Shown here: one piece after another, positions 40,601 to 48,660 of the stretch
How positions within the stretch are numbered: the stretch's first letter is position 1
How the letters are laid out: every line of letters starts with the position of its first letter
Source: Dehalococcoidia bacterium
Lineage (GTDB): Bacteria > Chloroflexota > Dehalococcoidia > UBA6926
Reading direction: 5' to 3'
Assembly (NCBI GenBank): GCA_965207895.1
Contig: CBDBNN010000001.1
Coordinates: 182,312 to 246,311 of the forward strand
DNA length: 64,000 nucleotides
Translations under genes and position numbers: made by a program
The notes under the pieces: model-generated
What the model saw: only the letters and a program-made list of their open reading frames with translations
What the model was told of the DNA's origin: nothing
Database searches by the model: none

Positions 40601-43600
40601 CGCTGGCGTCGACGGTGACCGTGACCGATCCGTCGGGCTCGTCCACCTCGTCGTTGGTGGTGGCCACCGTCAGCGTGGCGTAGCCCGCTGCCGGGATGGT
40701 CACCGTCCGATGTTCCATGGATATCCCGGAGTCGTCGCTCTGCGACACCGTGACGCTCACGTCCAGGTCCGCAGCCGGGGCCGGGTTGGCGCTGACCGTG
40801 AAGGTCGCGTCCCCGCCCTCGGTCACGTTGCCGTCGGCGGTCACGCTGATCAGCGGCACGGACGTGTTGGGCGCGGGCGTCTCGAAGTCCACCGTGAAGG
40901 TCTTCGGCGTCGCGCCGGCGGCCAGGGTCCGCACGGTGATCTTGTCCAGCTGGGTCGTCCCATGAAGGACGGAGACCACGTAGTGCGACTGCGGATTAAG
41001 GCCGGTGAGCTGGTGCTCGGTGGCGGTGGTCGTGACTTCCGTCAGGACCGGGACGCCCGTGAAGCTCTCGTGCCAGACGACCAGGTAGGACGCGCCGTCC
41101 CCCTGCGGCTTCCAGGCGACGGTCGCCGTGGTGTCGGAGACGCGCTTGAGCTGCACCGGCGGAGGCGGCGGGAGGTCGTTGTTGGCGATATAGACCGAGG
41201 CGTAGCTCCTGAACCTGTTCAGCCGGTAGCCCTCGCCGAACTGCACCGTCGCGCCGAGCATCCCGTTGGAGCCCCAACCGGTGTCGTCGACGGTGGGGAT
41301 GGTGAACGAGACGCTGCCGCCGGTGGGCACGTTGACCGTGCGCTCGCCCAGGTGCTGGGCGGCGACCACGGAGCCGGGGCCGGCCACGCCCACCCTGACG
41401 TCCAGCGGCGCGTCGGGCGCGGGGTTCACGGTGACCGTGTAGACCGCGTCCTCGCCCTCGGTGATGGTGCCGCCGGCGGCGCTGATCGACACCTCGGGCA
41501 CCCGCTCCACGATCACCGACGTGGGCTCCGCCTCCACGGGCGAGCCCGCCGCAAGCGTGGTGAAGCGGATCACCGGGCTGGCGGTGCTCAGCTGCGTCGC
41601 GCCGTGGTCCTGGTAGTAGACCACCGCCCGGTACTCGGTGTCCGGCTCCAGGTGGCGGATGTTCCAGGCCGGGTCGTTGGGCTCGGCCCCGAACCAGGCC
41701 TCGTCGGCCGGGACGCCGGGGAAGGGCGAGGTGGTGGACCAGTAGCGCACCTCGTAGCCCTCGGCGCCGACCACCTGCGGCCAGCTCAGGTCGATGCCCG
41801 TGTCGGACAGGTTGGCGTAGGTCAAATCGCCCACGCGCTCCACCACCGGGTCGGGCAGGTCGCCCAGCAGCCGCTGGCAGCCCACGCAGGAGCCCAGCGT
41901 GCGGTGGAAGCTGAAGCTGTCGGTGCGCACCGTCTTCGGCGGCGTCTCCGTGGAGATCTGGTTGTCGCTGCGCTCGTACAGCTTGTAGCCCTCGACCTGG
42001 AAGGTCACGTTGCCGACCACGTTGGCGCCGACGTGGATGTCGACCTGGACCGGCGTGCGGCCGACCGTGACCGAGCCGGCGCTGACGGCAGAGTCAGTTC
42101 TGAAGGTGTGCAGGTGCGAGGCGGCGGGGCTGGTGAACCAGACCCGGTGGGACCGGAAGTACTCCGACGTGCCGCTCCGCAACAGCGGCTTGGCGAAGTC
42201 GGCGCTGATGGAGAAGCGCTTGTCCTGGTCCGCCGGCGGGTCGTTCTTCGTCCGCACCCAGAAGTAGTGCGCCTTGCGCCCCGTGTTCAGCGAGGCCGGG
42301 AAGGCCAGATTGAGCCCGCCGTCCTCGATGGACGTCCAGGTGGTCCCGTCGTCGATGGAGAACTCCAGGGTCTGCTCCCACTCGTCGTCGTCCCTGATGA
42401 TGAGCGGCACCTGCACCTCGGGGTAGTCGAAGCCTTCCACCTGGTACAGCACGCCATTTTCATAGAAGTTGTGGCCGACGGCGTGGGGCCGGTGGATCAG
42501 GAACGTCCCGTGGTCGAAGGCGTCGCTGTCCTGGCCCGCGGCGAGGCTCACCGGACGCCACTTGTTGGCGTCGCTCTCGTAGACGGACTGCGACGAGAAG
42601 GGGCAGCCGTCGTGCCGGTCCAGCAGCGGGCCGGCGGTGCTGCCGTAGCCGAAATGAATCCCATCCCGGCCAAGCCCTTCGACGATGGGGTCGCCCAGGT
42701 TGTAGGGGCTTCTACTCCCGGTGTGGCACATCAGCCGGTCCCGGTCCGGTTTGCCCGGCCCGATGTAGCCGCCGTGGTGGCTGAGCGGCTCACCCACCTG
42801 GCTGGCGACGTAGAAGTGCCGGCGCTCGTGGGGGTCCACCGCCTGCCACTGGTAGGTCACCGCCGGGCCGCCCTCCGTCAGCGTGATGGTGGGCGGCGGG
42901 TCGTGCCTGTTGTAGTTGGCGATCACCCAGCCCGTGTCGCAGTCGTTGCCCGAGATCGTGCCCGCGCAGGTGCGGAACTGCACGAAGGCGTCGGCGGCCC
43001 CCAGGTTCAGGCCGATCTTGAGCGCCTCGGAGTGGGTGCTCCAGGAGACGGCGGGGTTGGGGTAGAGCGACCAGGAACTGTGGCCGTCGCCGATGCTCCA
43101 GCCCTCGGGCAGGCGCAGGCCCCGCAGGCGCTCGGAGTTCGACGCGGTGGCGCGAAGGGTGTACGTGCTGTTGGGCTGCACGGACGCGTCGTATACATAC
43201 ACCCAGTAGGTGGTGTTCGGCTCCAGCCGCAGCCCCGAACCGTCGTTGCCCTGGTAGGTGAAGGTGAAGGTCCGGTCGGCGCTGCCCACCGGCATGGAGG
43301 GGCGCGCCAGATCGGCCAGGACGTCGGCGGCGGTACTGCCCGGCGAGCCGCCGGAGCCGGCCCAGATCTGTACCCTCAGATCACGGGCGGCGTCGGAGTC
43401 GCCGATCTCGGCAAACTCGACGTCGACGCTGTTGAGGCGGTAGTGGCCGCCGTTCTTGCCCGTCGTGAACGACTGCGCGCGGTCACGTACGGTACTGGCA
43501 GCCGTCACGGTCAACGCCGCGCCGTCCGCCTGGCCCAGGTTGCTCATCACCGCCGGCTCACCGGGCGGCGCGTTCACCGGCGTGGGCTCCACCCGGAACA

Positions 43601-46445
43601 GGGGCGAGATGCCGTAGAAGGCGTGGTCCTGGGTGCTGGCGATGGTGTTGTAGCTGATGGGGCCGGTGTCCGCGTCGGTGGTCGAGAACCGTCCGCGCCG
43701 GGCGTTGCTGGCGCCCAGAGGGTTCGCCTCCTTCGCACCGTCGGTGCGGGTGCCGGTCCACGGCCAGTCGTTCGAGGTGCTCCTCTCGCCGCTCTCGAAG
43801 CGCCGGTCCGCCATCGCCCAGTTCTCCCAGGTGTCGGACCAGAAGCCGGCGTTGTTCGCCGCGACCCGCTCGCCGTTCAGCCACCAGACCTCCGCGTCCG
43901 TGTGCCCGGCGTTGTTGGGGTTGGTCCGGGTGTGGTCCCGGGCGTCCACCGCGGCGGTGGAGCCCACCACCCGGAAGTGATCGGCGTAGCGCCGGACGGC
44001 GGCGTGCCCGTCGCGGGCCGCCTCCCGCACGTGGGCGTCGTAGACGCCGATGTCGGCGGCGGTGGCGTCGCGGTGGTCTTCGGTCATGAACAGCAGCCGG
44101 AACGTCTCGCCCGCGCCCAGACCGAGCGGCTTCAGCGGCCAGTCCAGGGGCACGGTGTAGGAACCGTCCGCGTGGGGCAGCAGCCGGCCGTTGACTCCCA
44201 TCGACAGAGTGGAGCCGCCGACCAGGGTGATCCAGTTGCCGCCCCCCTGCGCGCGGATGCGAGCGTCGTTGTTGATGCTCCAGCCGGGCGCGGCGCCCTC
44301 GTCCTCGGAGTTGCTCTGCGTGAACTTCACCTGGCTGTTGCCTTCCGTGAGTCCGGCTGCGTCCAGCACGACCCAGTAGCGGGTGTCCGCCTCGAGCGCG
44401 ACGCCCGGGTGCGTGAAGCGGTACGTGCCGGCCTGCCGGTTCACGAAGGCGGGATTGGTCAGGGTCCCCACGACCGTGCCGGGAGCCCCGTTGGCACCTT
44501 TGTGGACGGTGACCGTCAGCTTGGAGCCGAAGTCCTCGGTGGACCGCCTGAAGGCCACGTCCACGCTGGTCAGGGTGTACCCCGAGGGGTTGCCGCCGGT
44601 GTCGAAACCCTGCGCCAGGTCCACGTGCAGGCCCTGCACCAGGCCGCTCGACTGGCCGGTGTTCTTCACCAGCGCCGGGTCGTCGTCCCGCACCCGGACC
44701 GTCGCCGTCCCCAGCGACGTGGCCAGGTCGTAGTCCGACCCGTCCACCAGCGTCACCGTGACCGAGCCGTGGGCTTCGTCCACGTCGTCGTTGGTGGTGG
44801 CGATCTCCAGCGTCGCCGACCCGCTGGCCGGAATGGTGACGCTGGTGGGCAGGGTCCCGTACCCGAAGTCCCCGGTCGTGGTCACCGTGACGCTCACCGG
44901 CAGGTCTGCCGGGGGCGCCGGGACCGCCGTCAGCGTGAAGCTGGCGCTGACGCCCTCGGTGACGGCGCCGCCGCCAAGGATGCTCACCCGCGACGGCCGC
45001 AGCTTGTTGCTCACCTGCACGGAGAAGCCGTTGGACGTCGCGTGCGGGTCCGCGCCGCCGCCGACATTGGTGCCGAGGCTGGAGGCGTCGAAGGCGGCGT
45101 TCGAGCCGAGCGCGATGGTGTAGGTCTCCGTGCTCTCCGTCGCGCCGTCGACCACCGGCGTCAGCTCCAGCGTCGCCGTCCGCGCGCCCGCGCCCGAGAA
45201 GCGCACCGTCGGCGTCGCCGTGCTCGTGCCCGAAAGCGTCACGCCGGCGTTGAGGCTCGTGCCGGTCTTCTTCGCAAGGCTCCAGTCGGAGGTGGTCACG
45301 CCCGTGCCGCCGATCGACAGCGGCACGTCGATGGTCTCGCCCGCAATCAGCGCGCGGCCCAAGGTCACCGTGAACTCCACCGTCCCGCCCTCCGACACCG
45401 CGCCGCTGCCGACGCGGGCGAGGGTGACGACCGTGGGGTCGTCGTCGTGGAGGGTGTAGGTGAAGCTATTGGCGCTGGTGTCGATGGAAACCCCGGCGGG
45501 GAGCGGATTGTCCGGATCCTCAGAGAGAGTCACCGAGATGACTTCGTTGGGCACGTCCCCGACACTGCCGACAGCAAAGCCACTAATGCCCCTCTCCGTG
45601 CTACCTGCTGAGACTGTTAGATCTGCGCAACCGTTTTCATCCAGTGTCAAAACTGTGTTTTGCAAATGCTCAAACTCGAGGCCAAGGGTTGGGCGGTTGC
45701 TTGTGATACATACTCTGAAGTAGGTAGCAGTTGCCAGGGCCGATGAGACTTCCACCCGAAAACTTCCAGCAGCTGCACCTGCACTTAATTCTTGTGTCAT
45801 CTGCGGGGTAGATAGTTCTACAGACATTGTTGCGGTCTTCACCACGCCACCGAGGCTGATTTTCGGGGTTGGCGTGTTGGTGAACCATGAGCCTGTCATA
45901 GCATGCGCTCTATACACCAAGCCGTTACCGATGCTCCAGCCGGCGAGGGCTCCGCTATCTTCGTTGTTCGAATTCGTGGCGCGAATACCCGACGTGGCGA
46001 GGTTACGGCTGAGATCCAACACAAGGAAGTATGTGGTGTTCGCCGACAGGTCTATGCCGGTGCTCGTGAAGGTCAGCGTCTGGTCCGAGCTGGAGACGGG
46101 AAAGCTGGCGGGCTTGGTCAGGGTCCCCAGCGAGCTGCCCGGAGACCCGCTGGATTCGGTGTGGATGGTGGCGGTGAGGTCCGAAGAGCTGAAGCTGCTG
46201 TGGATAATGCCAAATTCCACTCCGACGCTGGTCAGGCTGTAGCCCGCGGCGTTGCTGCCGGTGGTGAACGCCACGGCGTAATCGTTGCCAAGAGCTTGAT
46301 TGAATCCGTCTGCCTGACCGAGGTTGCTGACGAAGGTCTGCGTCGCCTGCTGCGCAGAGGCTGTTTCAGACCCTCCAGACAGCAGCACGAACAGCGCCGC
46401 CGCCAGCAGGGTCAACGTGAGGAAGGTTCTGGCGGGGCGCCTCAT
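37686..46445 (-). CDS. Giant secreted adhesin-like protein (2919 aa): signal peptide, three SNLGQxDG-type domains, FN3 domains and about 8 Calx-beta-like domains
   Basis: The ATG at 46445 gives MRRPARTFLTLTLLAAALFVLLSGGSETASA. FN3-like segments (YEVRYWS..., VAWKPQGDGASYLVVW...). Repeated about 109-aa units TEGGDATFTVTASPAPxxNLxVSVTVSQSGDYGA...TDDxxDETDGSVTATV. The C-terminal domain DYQYTEGELVFAPGVTELTAEVWLEYDDDEEPDEYFVVEAYL is a Calx-beta hallmark. Confidence 0.85.
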   Translation of the reverse strand: MRRPARTFLTLTLLAAALFVLLSGGSETASAQQATQTFVSNLGQADGFNQALGNDYAVAFTTGSNAAGYSLTSVGVEFGIIHSSFSSSDLTATIHTESSGSPGSSLGTLTKPASFPVSSSDQTLTFTSTGIDLSANTTYFLVLDLSRNLATSGIRATNSNNEDSGALAGWSIGNGLVYRAHAMTGSWFTNTPTPKISLGGVVKTATMSVELSTPQMTQELSAGAAAGSFRVEVSSALATATYFRVCITSNRPTLGLEFEHLQNTVLTLDENGCADLTVSAGSTERGISGFAVGSVGDVPNEVISVTLSEDPDNPLPAGVSIDTSANSFTYTLHDDDPTVVTLARVGSGAVSEGGTVEFTVTLGRALIAGETIDVPLSIGGTGVTTSDWSLAKKTGTSLNAGVTLSGTSTATPTVRFSGAGARTATLELTPVVDGATESTETYTIALGSNAAFDASSLGTNVGGGADPHATSNGFSVQVSNKLRPSRVSILGGGAVTEGVSASFTLTAVPAPPADLPVSVTVTTTGDFGYGTLPTSVTIPASGSATLEIATTNDDVDEAHGSVTVTLVDGSDYDLATSLGTATVRVRDDDPALVKNTGQSSGLVQGLHVDLAQGFDTGGNPSGYTLTSVDVAFRRSTEDFGSKLTVTVHKGANGAPGTVVGTLTNPAFVNRQAGTYRFTHPGVALEADTRYWVVLDAAGLTEGNSQVKFTQSNSEDEGAAPGWSINNDARIRAQGGGNWITLVGGSTLSMGVNGRLLPHADGSYTVPLDWPLKPLGLGAGETFRLLFMTEDHRDATAADIGVYDAHVREAARDGHAAVRRYADHFRVVGSTAAVDARDHTRTNPNNAGHTDAEVWWLNGERVAANNAGFWSDTWENWAMADRRFESGERSTSNDWPWTGTRTDGAKEANPLGASNARRGRFSTTDADTGPISYNTIASTQDHAFYGISPLFRVEPTPVNAPPGEPAVMSNLGQADGAALTVTAASTVRDRAQSFTTGKNGGHYRLNSVDVEFAEIGDSDAARDLRVQIWAGSGGSPGSTAADVLADLARPSMPVGSADRTFTFTYQGNDGSGLRLEPNTTYWVYVYDASVQPNSTYTLRATASNSERLRGLRLPEGWSIGDGHSSWSLYPNPAVSWSTHSEALKIGLNLGAADAFVQFRTCAGTISGNDCDTGWVIANYNRHDPPPTITLTEGGPAVTYQWQAVDPHERRHFYVASQVGEPLSHHGGYIGPGKPDRDRLMCHTGSRSPYNLGDPIVEGLGRDGIHFGYGSTAGPLLDRHDGCPFSSQSVYESDANKWRPVSLAAGQDSDAFDHGTFLIHRPHAVGHNFYENGVLYQVEGFDYPEVQVPLIIRDDDEWEQTLEFSIDDGTTWTSIEDGGLNLAFPASLNTGRKAHYFWVRTKNDPPADQDKRFSISADFAKPLLRSGTSEYFRSHRVWFTSPAASHLHTFRTDSAVSAGSVTVGRTPVQVDIHVGANVVGNVTFQVEGYKLYERSDNQISTETPPKTVRTDSFSFHRTLGSCVGCQRLLGDLPDPVVERVGDLTYANLSDTGIDLSWPQVVGAEGYEVRYWSTTSPFPGVPADEAWFGAEPNDPAWNIRHLEPDTEYRAVVYYQDHGATQLSTASPVIRFTTLAAGSPVEAEPTSVIVERVPEVSISAAGGTITEGEDAVYTVTVNPAPDAPLDVRVGVAGPGSVVAAQHLGERTVNVPTGGSVSFTIPTVDDTGWGSNGMLGATVQFGEGYRLNRFRSYASVYIANNDLPPPPPVQLKRVSDTTATVAWKPQGDGASYLVVWHESFTGVPVLTEVTTTATEHQLTGLNPQSHYVVSVLHGTTQLDKITVRTLAAGATPKTFTVDFETPAPNTSVPLISVTADGNVTEGGDATFTVSANPAPAADLDVSVTVSQSDDSGISMEHRTVTIPAAGYATLTVATTNDEVDEPDGSVTVTVDASANLDYRVSSSQGTAVVVVSDDDGGYTVNQGTIARVKELASQTQHGAAHVNRWNRVLLAFGEHDGTGVTGGPMTAAEAQDMADNHSSPVWDLVVVELTALEAAAAQTPPPPTPEVSVTAGSGVTEGGDAVFTVTASPAPTANLDVSVTVSQSGDYGATTGQRTVTIPTTGSVTITVGTTDDSTDETDGSVTATVNAGSGYTVSSSQGAATVAVSDNDDASTPVVSVTGGGGITEGGDVTFTVTASPAPASNLAVSLTVSQSGDYGATTGQRTVTIPTSGSATVTITTTDDDVDETDGSVTLTVNAGSGYTVSSSQGAATVGVADNDDPVVEEQTGYTVDPDVIAKVRELASQTQHGTAHVNRWNRVLLAFGEHDGAGVTGGPMTASEAQEMANRHSSPVWDEVVTELTALEAAAAQTPPPPTPEVSVTAGSGITEGGDATFTVTASPAPASNLDVSVTVSQSGDYGAATGKRTVTIPTTGSVTLTVGTTDDTTDETDGSVTATVNAGSGYTVSSSQGAATVAVADNDAAPTPEVSVTAGSGITEGGDATFTVTASPAPTANLDVSVTVSQSGDYGATTGRRTVTIPTTGSVTLTVGTTDDDADETDGSVTATVNAGSGYTVSSTQGAATVGVADNDDAPTPVVSVTAGSGVTEGGDATFTVTASPAPASNLAVSVTVSQSGDYGATTGQRTVTIPTTGSVTLTIGTTDDTTDETDGSVTATVNAGSGYTVSSTQGAATVAVSDNDDAPTPVVSVTAGSGVTEGGDAIFTVTASPAPAANLAVSVTVSQSGDYGATTGQRTVTVPTTGSVTLTVGTTDDDADETDGSVTATVNAGSGYTVSSSQGAATVGVADNDDAAPEVEITVTVEAASAVEGDVLEFRVRLSEASTEEIRIRWNTAPAYHLLDDRAHMTDYQYTEGELVFAPGVTELTAEVWLEYDDDEEPDEYFVVEAYLPGTLYPPDAVGTMTIIDDD
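38040..40850. repeat. Near-identical tandem coding repeats (about 327-bp unit x6-7) plus a duplicated about 260-bp insert inside the adhesin gene
   Basis: Protein-level repeats are more than 90% identical. The second repeat family (GYTVxPDVIAKVRELASQTQHG.AHVNRWNRVLLAFGEHDG...AAAAQTPPPP) occurs at about 39345-39614 and 40269-40523. Confidence 0.7.
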
Positions 46446-46468
46446 GAGAGAGAACCCCCACGAAATGC

Positions 46469-46478
46469 GGGGGGGGGG
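46469..46478. repeat. Homopolymeric G10 (C10 on the coding strand) 24-33 nt upstream of the adhesin start codon
   Basis: Sequence ...atgcGGGGGGGGGGtgaagc. On the minus strand this reads CCCCCCCCCC-gcatttcgt-GGGGG-ttctctctc-ATG. Confidence 0.6.
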
Positions 46479-46748
46479 TGAAGCTCCGCAGCGCATCAGT
46501 CATGTCGTCGAACCTCCTGTGTCGCCCGACTTATGCCGCGACGCCGTGCGGGCGCTGGATCAGTAGTATTTCTAGCTCATGTCAATATGTGTCGCAAACG
46601 ACCAGCAGATATCATCCGCCAATCTGGGGTTCGTTGTCAATGGGGTCCGGGTTGGATTGGGGACGGAAAGGGAGGGCGGAGCGCAGCAACATACCGTGTG
46701 GGGACTGGCGGACAAGGGCGACTTGGCGAGACCCCTCGGAGGCAGTCG

Positions 46749-47123
46749 TTACTGTGGCGTAGCCTGGATGAGGACGCGTCCGCCTCGCTGGACCCGGATA
46801 TTCAGGTCGTGGCCATCCAGCAGCCTCATGCCGACCAGTGGAGTGGAATCGGCGGCGCTGGCCCTGGTGTTCCGCAGGCTGTCGTCCCACAGCACGGCGA
46901 CGTCATAGACATCGAAGAAAGCTTCGCTACCGTCGGCCAGAATTGCACGGCTTCGGTCCCGATAGGCCAAGCCCAACTCCCTCACCAGGTCTGAGGGCAG
47001 GGTCAGGAAGCCATTGTATCCCGTGTCTATTACGGCTTTGACTTCCCGTGACCGGCCCGTCGGCCCTTGCACTGTAAGGCCGACGACGGCTTCGTAGGCG
47101 GTGTTCACCGTTCCATGGATCAC
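46749..47123 (-). CDS. Retropepsin-like (clan AA) aspartic protease
   Basis: AVIDTGYNGFLTLP is the D-T/S-G active-site context. 124 aa. The start overlaps the upstream gene stop by 4 nt. Confidence 0.65.
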   Translation of the reverse strand: MIHGTVNTAYEAVVGLTVQGPTGRSREVKAVIDTGYNGFLTLPSDLVRELGLAYRDRSRAILADGSEAFFDVYDVAVLWDDSLRNTRASAADSTPLVGMRLLDGHDLNIRVQRGGRVLIQATPQ

Positions 47124-47437
47124 TCAGTCCTCCGCAGCGATCCGCCCCCAAAGCTGTAGAGCGCCCTATAGCCGACCCGCAGGCACCAAACGTCATAGGC
47201 GTCGGGCCGCTGGGATTGCAGCCGGTCCGTAGCGGCAATCTCGTCCGCTCCAATAGCCCAGCTTCCGCTCTCCACATCTATGGCGACGACCTCTCCAACA
47301 TGGTCCTCCTCGACCTGCCGCCGGATGTCTCGCTCGTATATCTGGTCGCCCAACCGCGCCGTCTCTTCTTTAGGACGGCTCGGCGGTGTCGTGGGCTTGG
47401 CGCGCTGGCTGGGTACCGAAGTCTCTGCGTCTCTCAT
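47120..47437 (-). CDS. Small conserved partner protein of clan-AA protease (DUF-type, tentative)
   Basis: The ATG at 47437 follows GGGAGGAGG. Carries a ...VVAIDVESGSWAIGADEIAATDRL...PDAYDVWCLRVGYRALYSFGG motif. Translationally coupled to the protease gene. Confidence 0.55.
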   Translation of the reverse strand: MRDAETSVPSQRAKPTTPPSRPKEETARLGDQIYERDIRRQVEEDHVGEVVAIDVESGSWAIGADEIAATDRLQSQRPDAYDVWCLRVGYRALYSFGGGSLRRTE

Positions 47438-47693
47438 GCCTCCTCCCTTCAATGAGCGTTCCCTCGTTCCTAATTCTACCACTCTGCGGGAGATCCGGAC
47501 AGCCAGAAGGGGCGGTGCCACAGGGGAAGACAGACCAACCAGCTATGGCCTATACTGCGAGCCTACAGACTTCCCAGTCGCATCTCGAAAACGGTTCTGC
47601 CTACCGTCAAAATAGGCCCACCAGAATCGGCAAGTTCTTGATCCAATTGTGCGTCACCGTTTGAACCACCTGTGTAACCACTAGGAGGGTGAC

Positions 47694-48617
47694 ATGACTG
47701 CTCTTGTCCGTCAGTTCAGATTCTTCCTAAGAGATGAAGTCAACCCAAATATTGACAGGGTGCGCAGGCTGCGCTCAGGCATTAGAGGAGTTAGAGATCA
47801 CCTGCACAGAAATCTTGATGGTTTTCAAGGTATCGCTCGACAGGGCTCATTGGGCTTGGACACTTTAATCAAGCCCGTCCGGGAAGATGACGAGTACGAC
47901 GCTGATGTTCAAGTCGTCATGAACCCACAGGCCAATTGGAATCCGAGGCAATACTTGGATGCTGTATTTGAAACACTGTCGACGAGCCTAGACTATCAAG
48001 ACAAACTGGAATGCAACACACGGAGCGTGACCATCAAGTTTGCCGGGCACTTCAGTATGGATGTCGTTCCGCGTATCACCCAAGATGGCCAGCACCAAGT
48101 CTGCAATCGCAGAGATAACAGATTTGAATCAACCGATGGTATGGGCTATCACAACTGGTTCCACGAGAAGAGCAAGTTGACCAACGTCAACCTCAAGCGT
48201 GCCGTCCGGCTGTTAAAGTACATCCGCGATCGTGAGAGCAATTACAAAGCTCCGTCCATATTGCTTACAACCTTGGCGGCAAACGCCATACAGTCTGGTG
48301 ATCGTGGCAGAGACTCTGTAAAGTCAGTCGCAAGCACATTGACCACGATCCTTACAAGGATGGACAGCTATTTGCAGGGGCTCCCACGAAAACCCGCCGT
48401 CAGGAATCCTGTACTACGCTCCGAGACGTTCGACCGCCATTGGAATGATGTCCAGTTTGCGATATACAGGGAGAACATTCACCGATATGCCGAGATTGCT
48501 ACAGGAGCCTTTGCCAGTTCTTCTGTCCCGGAATCAATTGATCGTTGGAGGAGGCTCTTCGGCGAAGGTTTTGGAGGGCATTACAAGGCACCGCCTCATA
48601 GTAAGCAAAGGGTTTAA
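47694..48617 (+). CDS. SMODS / CD-NTase-like nucleotidyltransferase
   Basis: AGGAGGG RBS. Carries the nucleotidyltransferase-fold motifs QGSLGLDT (GS) ... DDEYDADVQVV (h[DE]h) ... FSMDVVP (third acidic). 307 aa with a SMODS-like C-terminal helical region (RLLKYIRD..PSILLTTL). Confidence 0.6.
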   Translation: MTALVRQFRFFLRDEVNPNIDRVRRLRSGIRGVRDHLHRNLDGFQGIARQGSLGLDTLIKPVREDDEYDADVQVVMNPQANWNPRQYLDAVFETLSTSLDYQDKLECNTRSVTIKFAGHFSMDVVPRITQDGQHQVCNRRDNRFESTDGMGYHNWFHEKSKLTNVNLKRAVRLLKYIRDRESNYKAPSILLTTLAANAIQSGDRGRDSVKSVASTLTTILTRMDSYLQGLPRKPAVRNPVLRSETFDRHWNDVQFAIYRENIHRYAEIATGAFASSSVPESIDRWRRLFGEGFGGHYKAPPHSKQRV

Positions 48618-48660
48618 GCAACGTCCCGAGGATGAATCTGAGCCCTCGGTGGCGTCACTT

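Larger units (their letters stand above)
17820..46527. mobile_element. Integrative and conjugative element (about 28.7 kb) inserted at the tRNA-Val 3' end
   Basis: Serine recombinase overlapping the tRNA, a T4SS gene set (T4CP, VirB4, VirB6-like, PrgI-like, pilins), a Replic_Relax protein and HigBA. GC is visibly higher than in the flanks. A partial tRNA-Val 3'-end copy at 46515-46527 marks the proposed right end. Confidence 0.6.

Noticed and set aside
37350-45611. 2753-aa ORF on the plus strand
   Set aside because: Exactly antisense to the giant adhesin gene. The translation is low-complexity Arg/Gly/Ala/Val/His-rich with no RBS or motifs. It is a typical shadow ORF of high-GC coding DNA.
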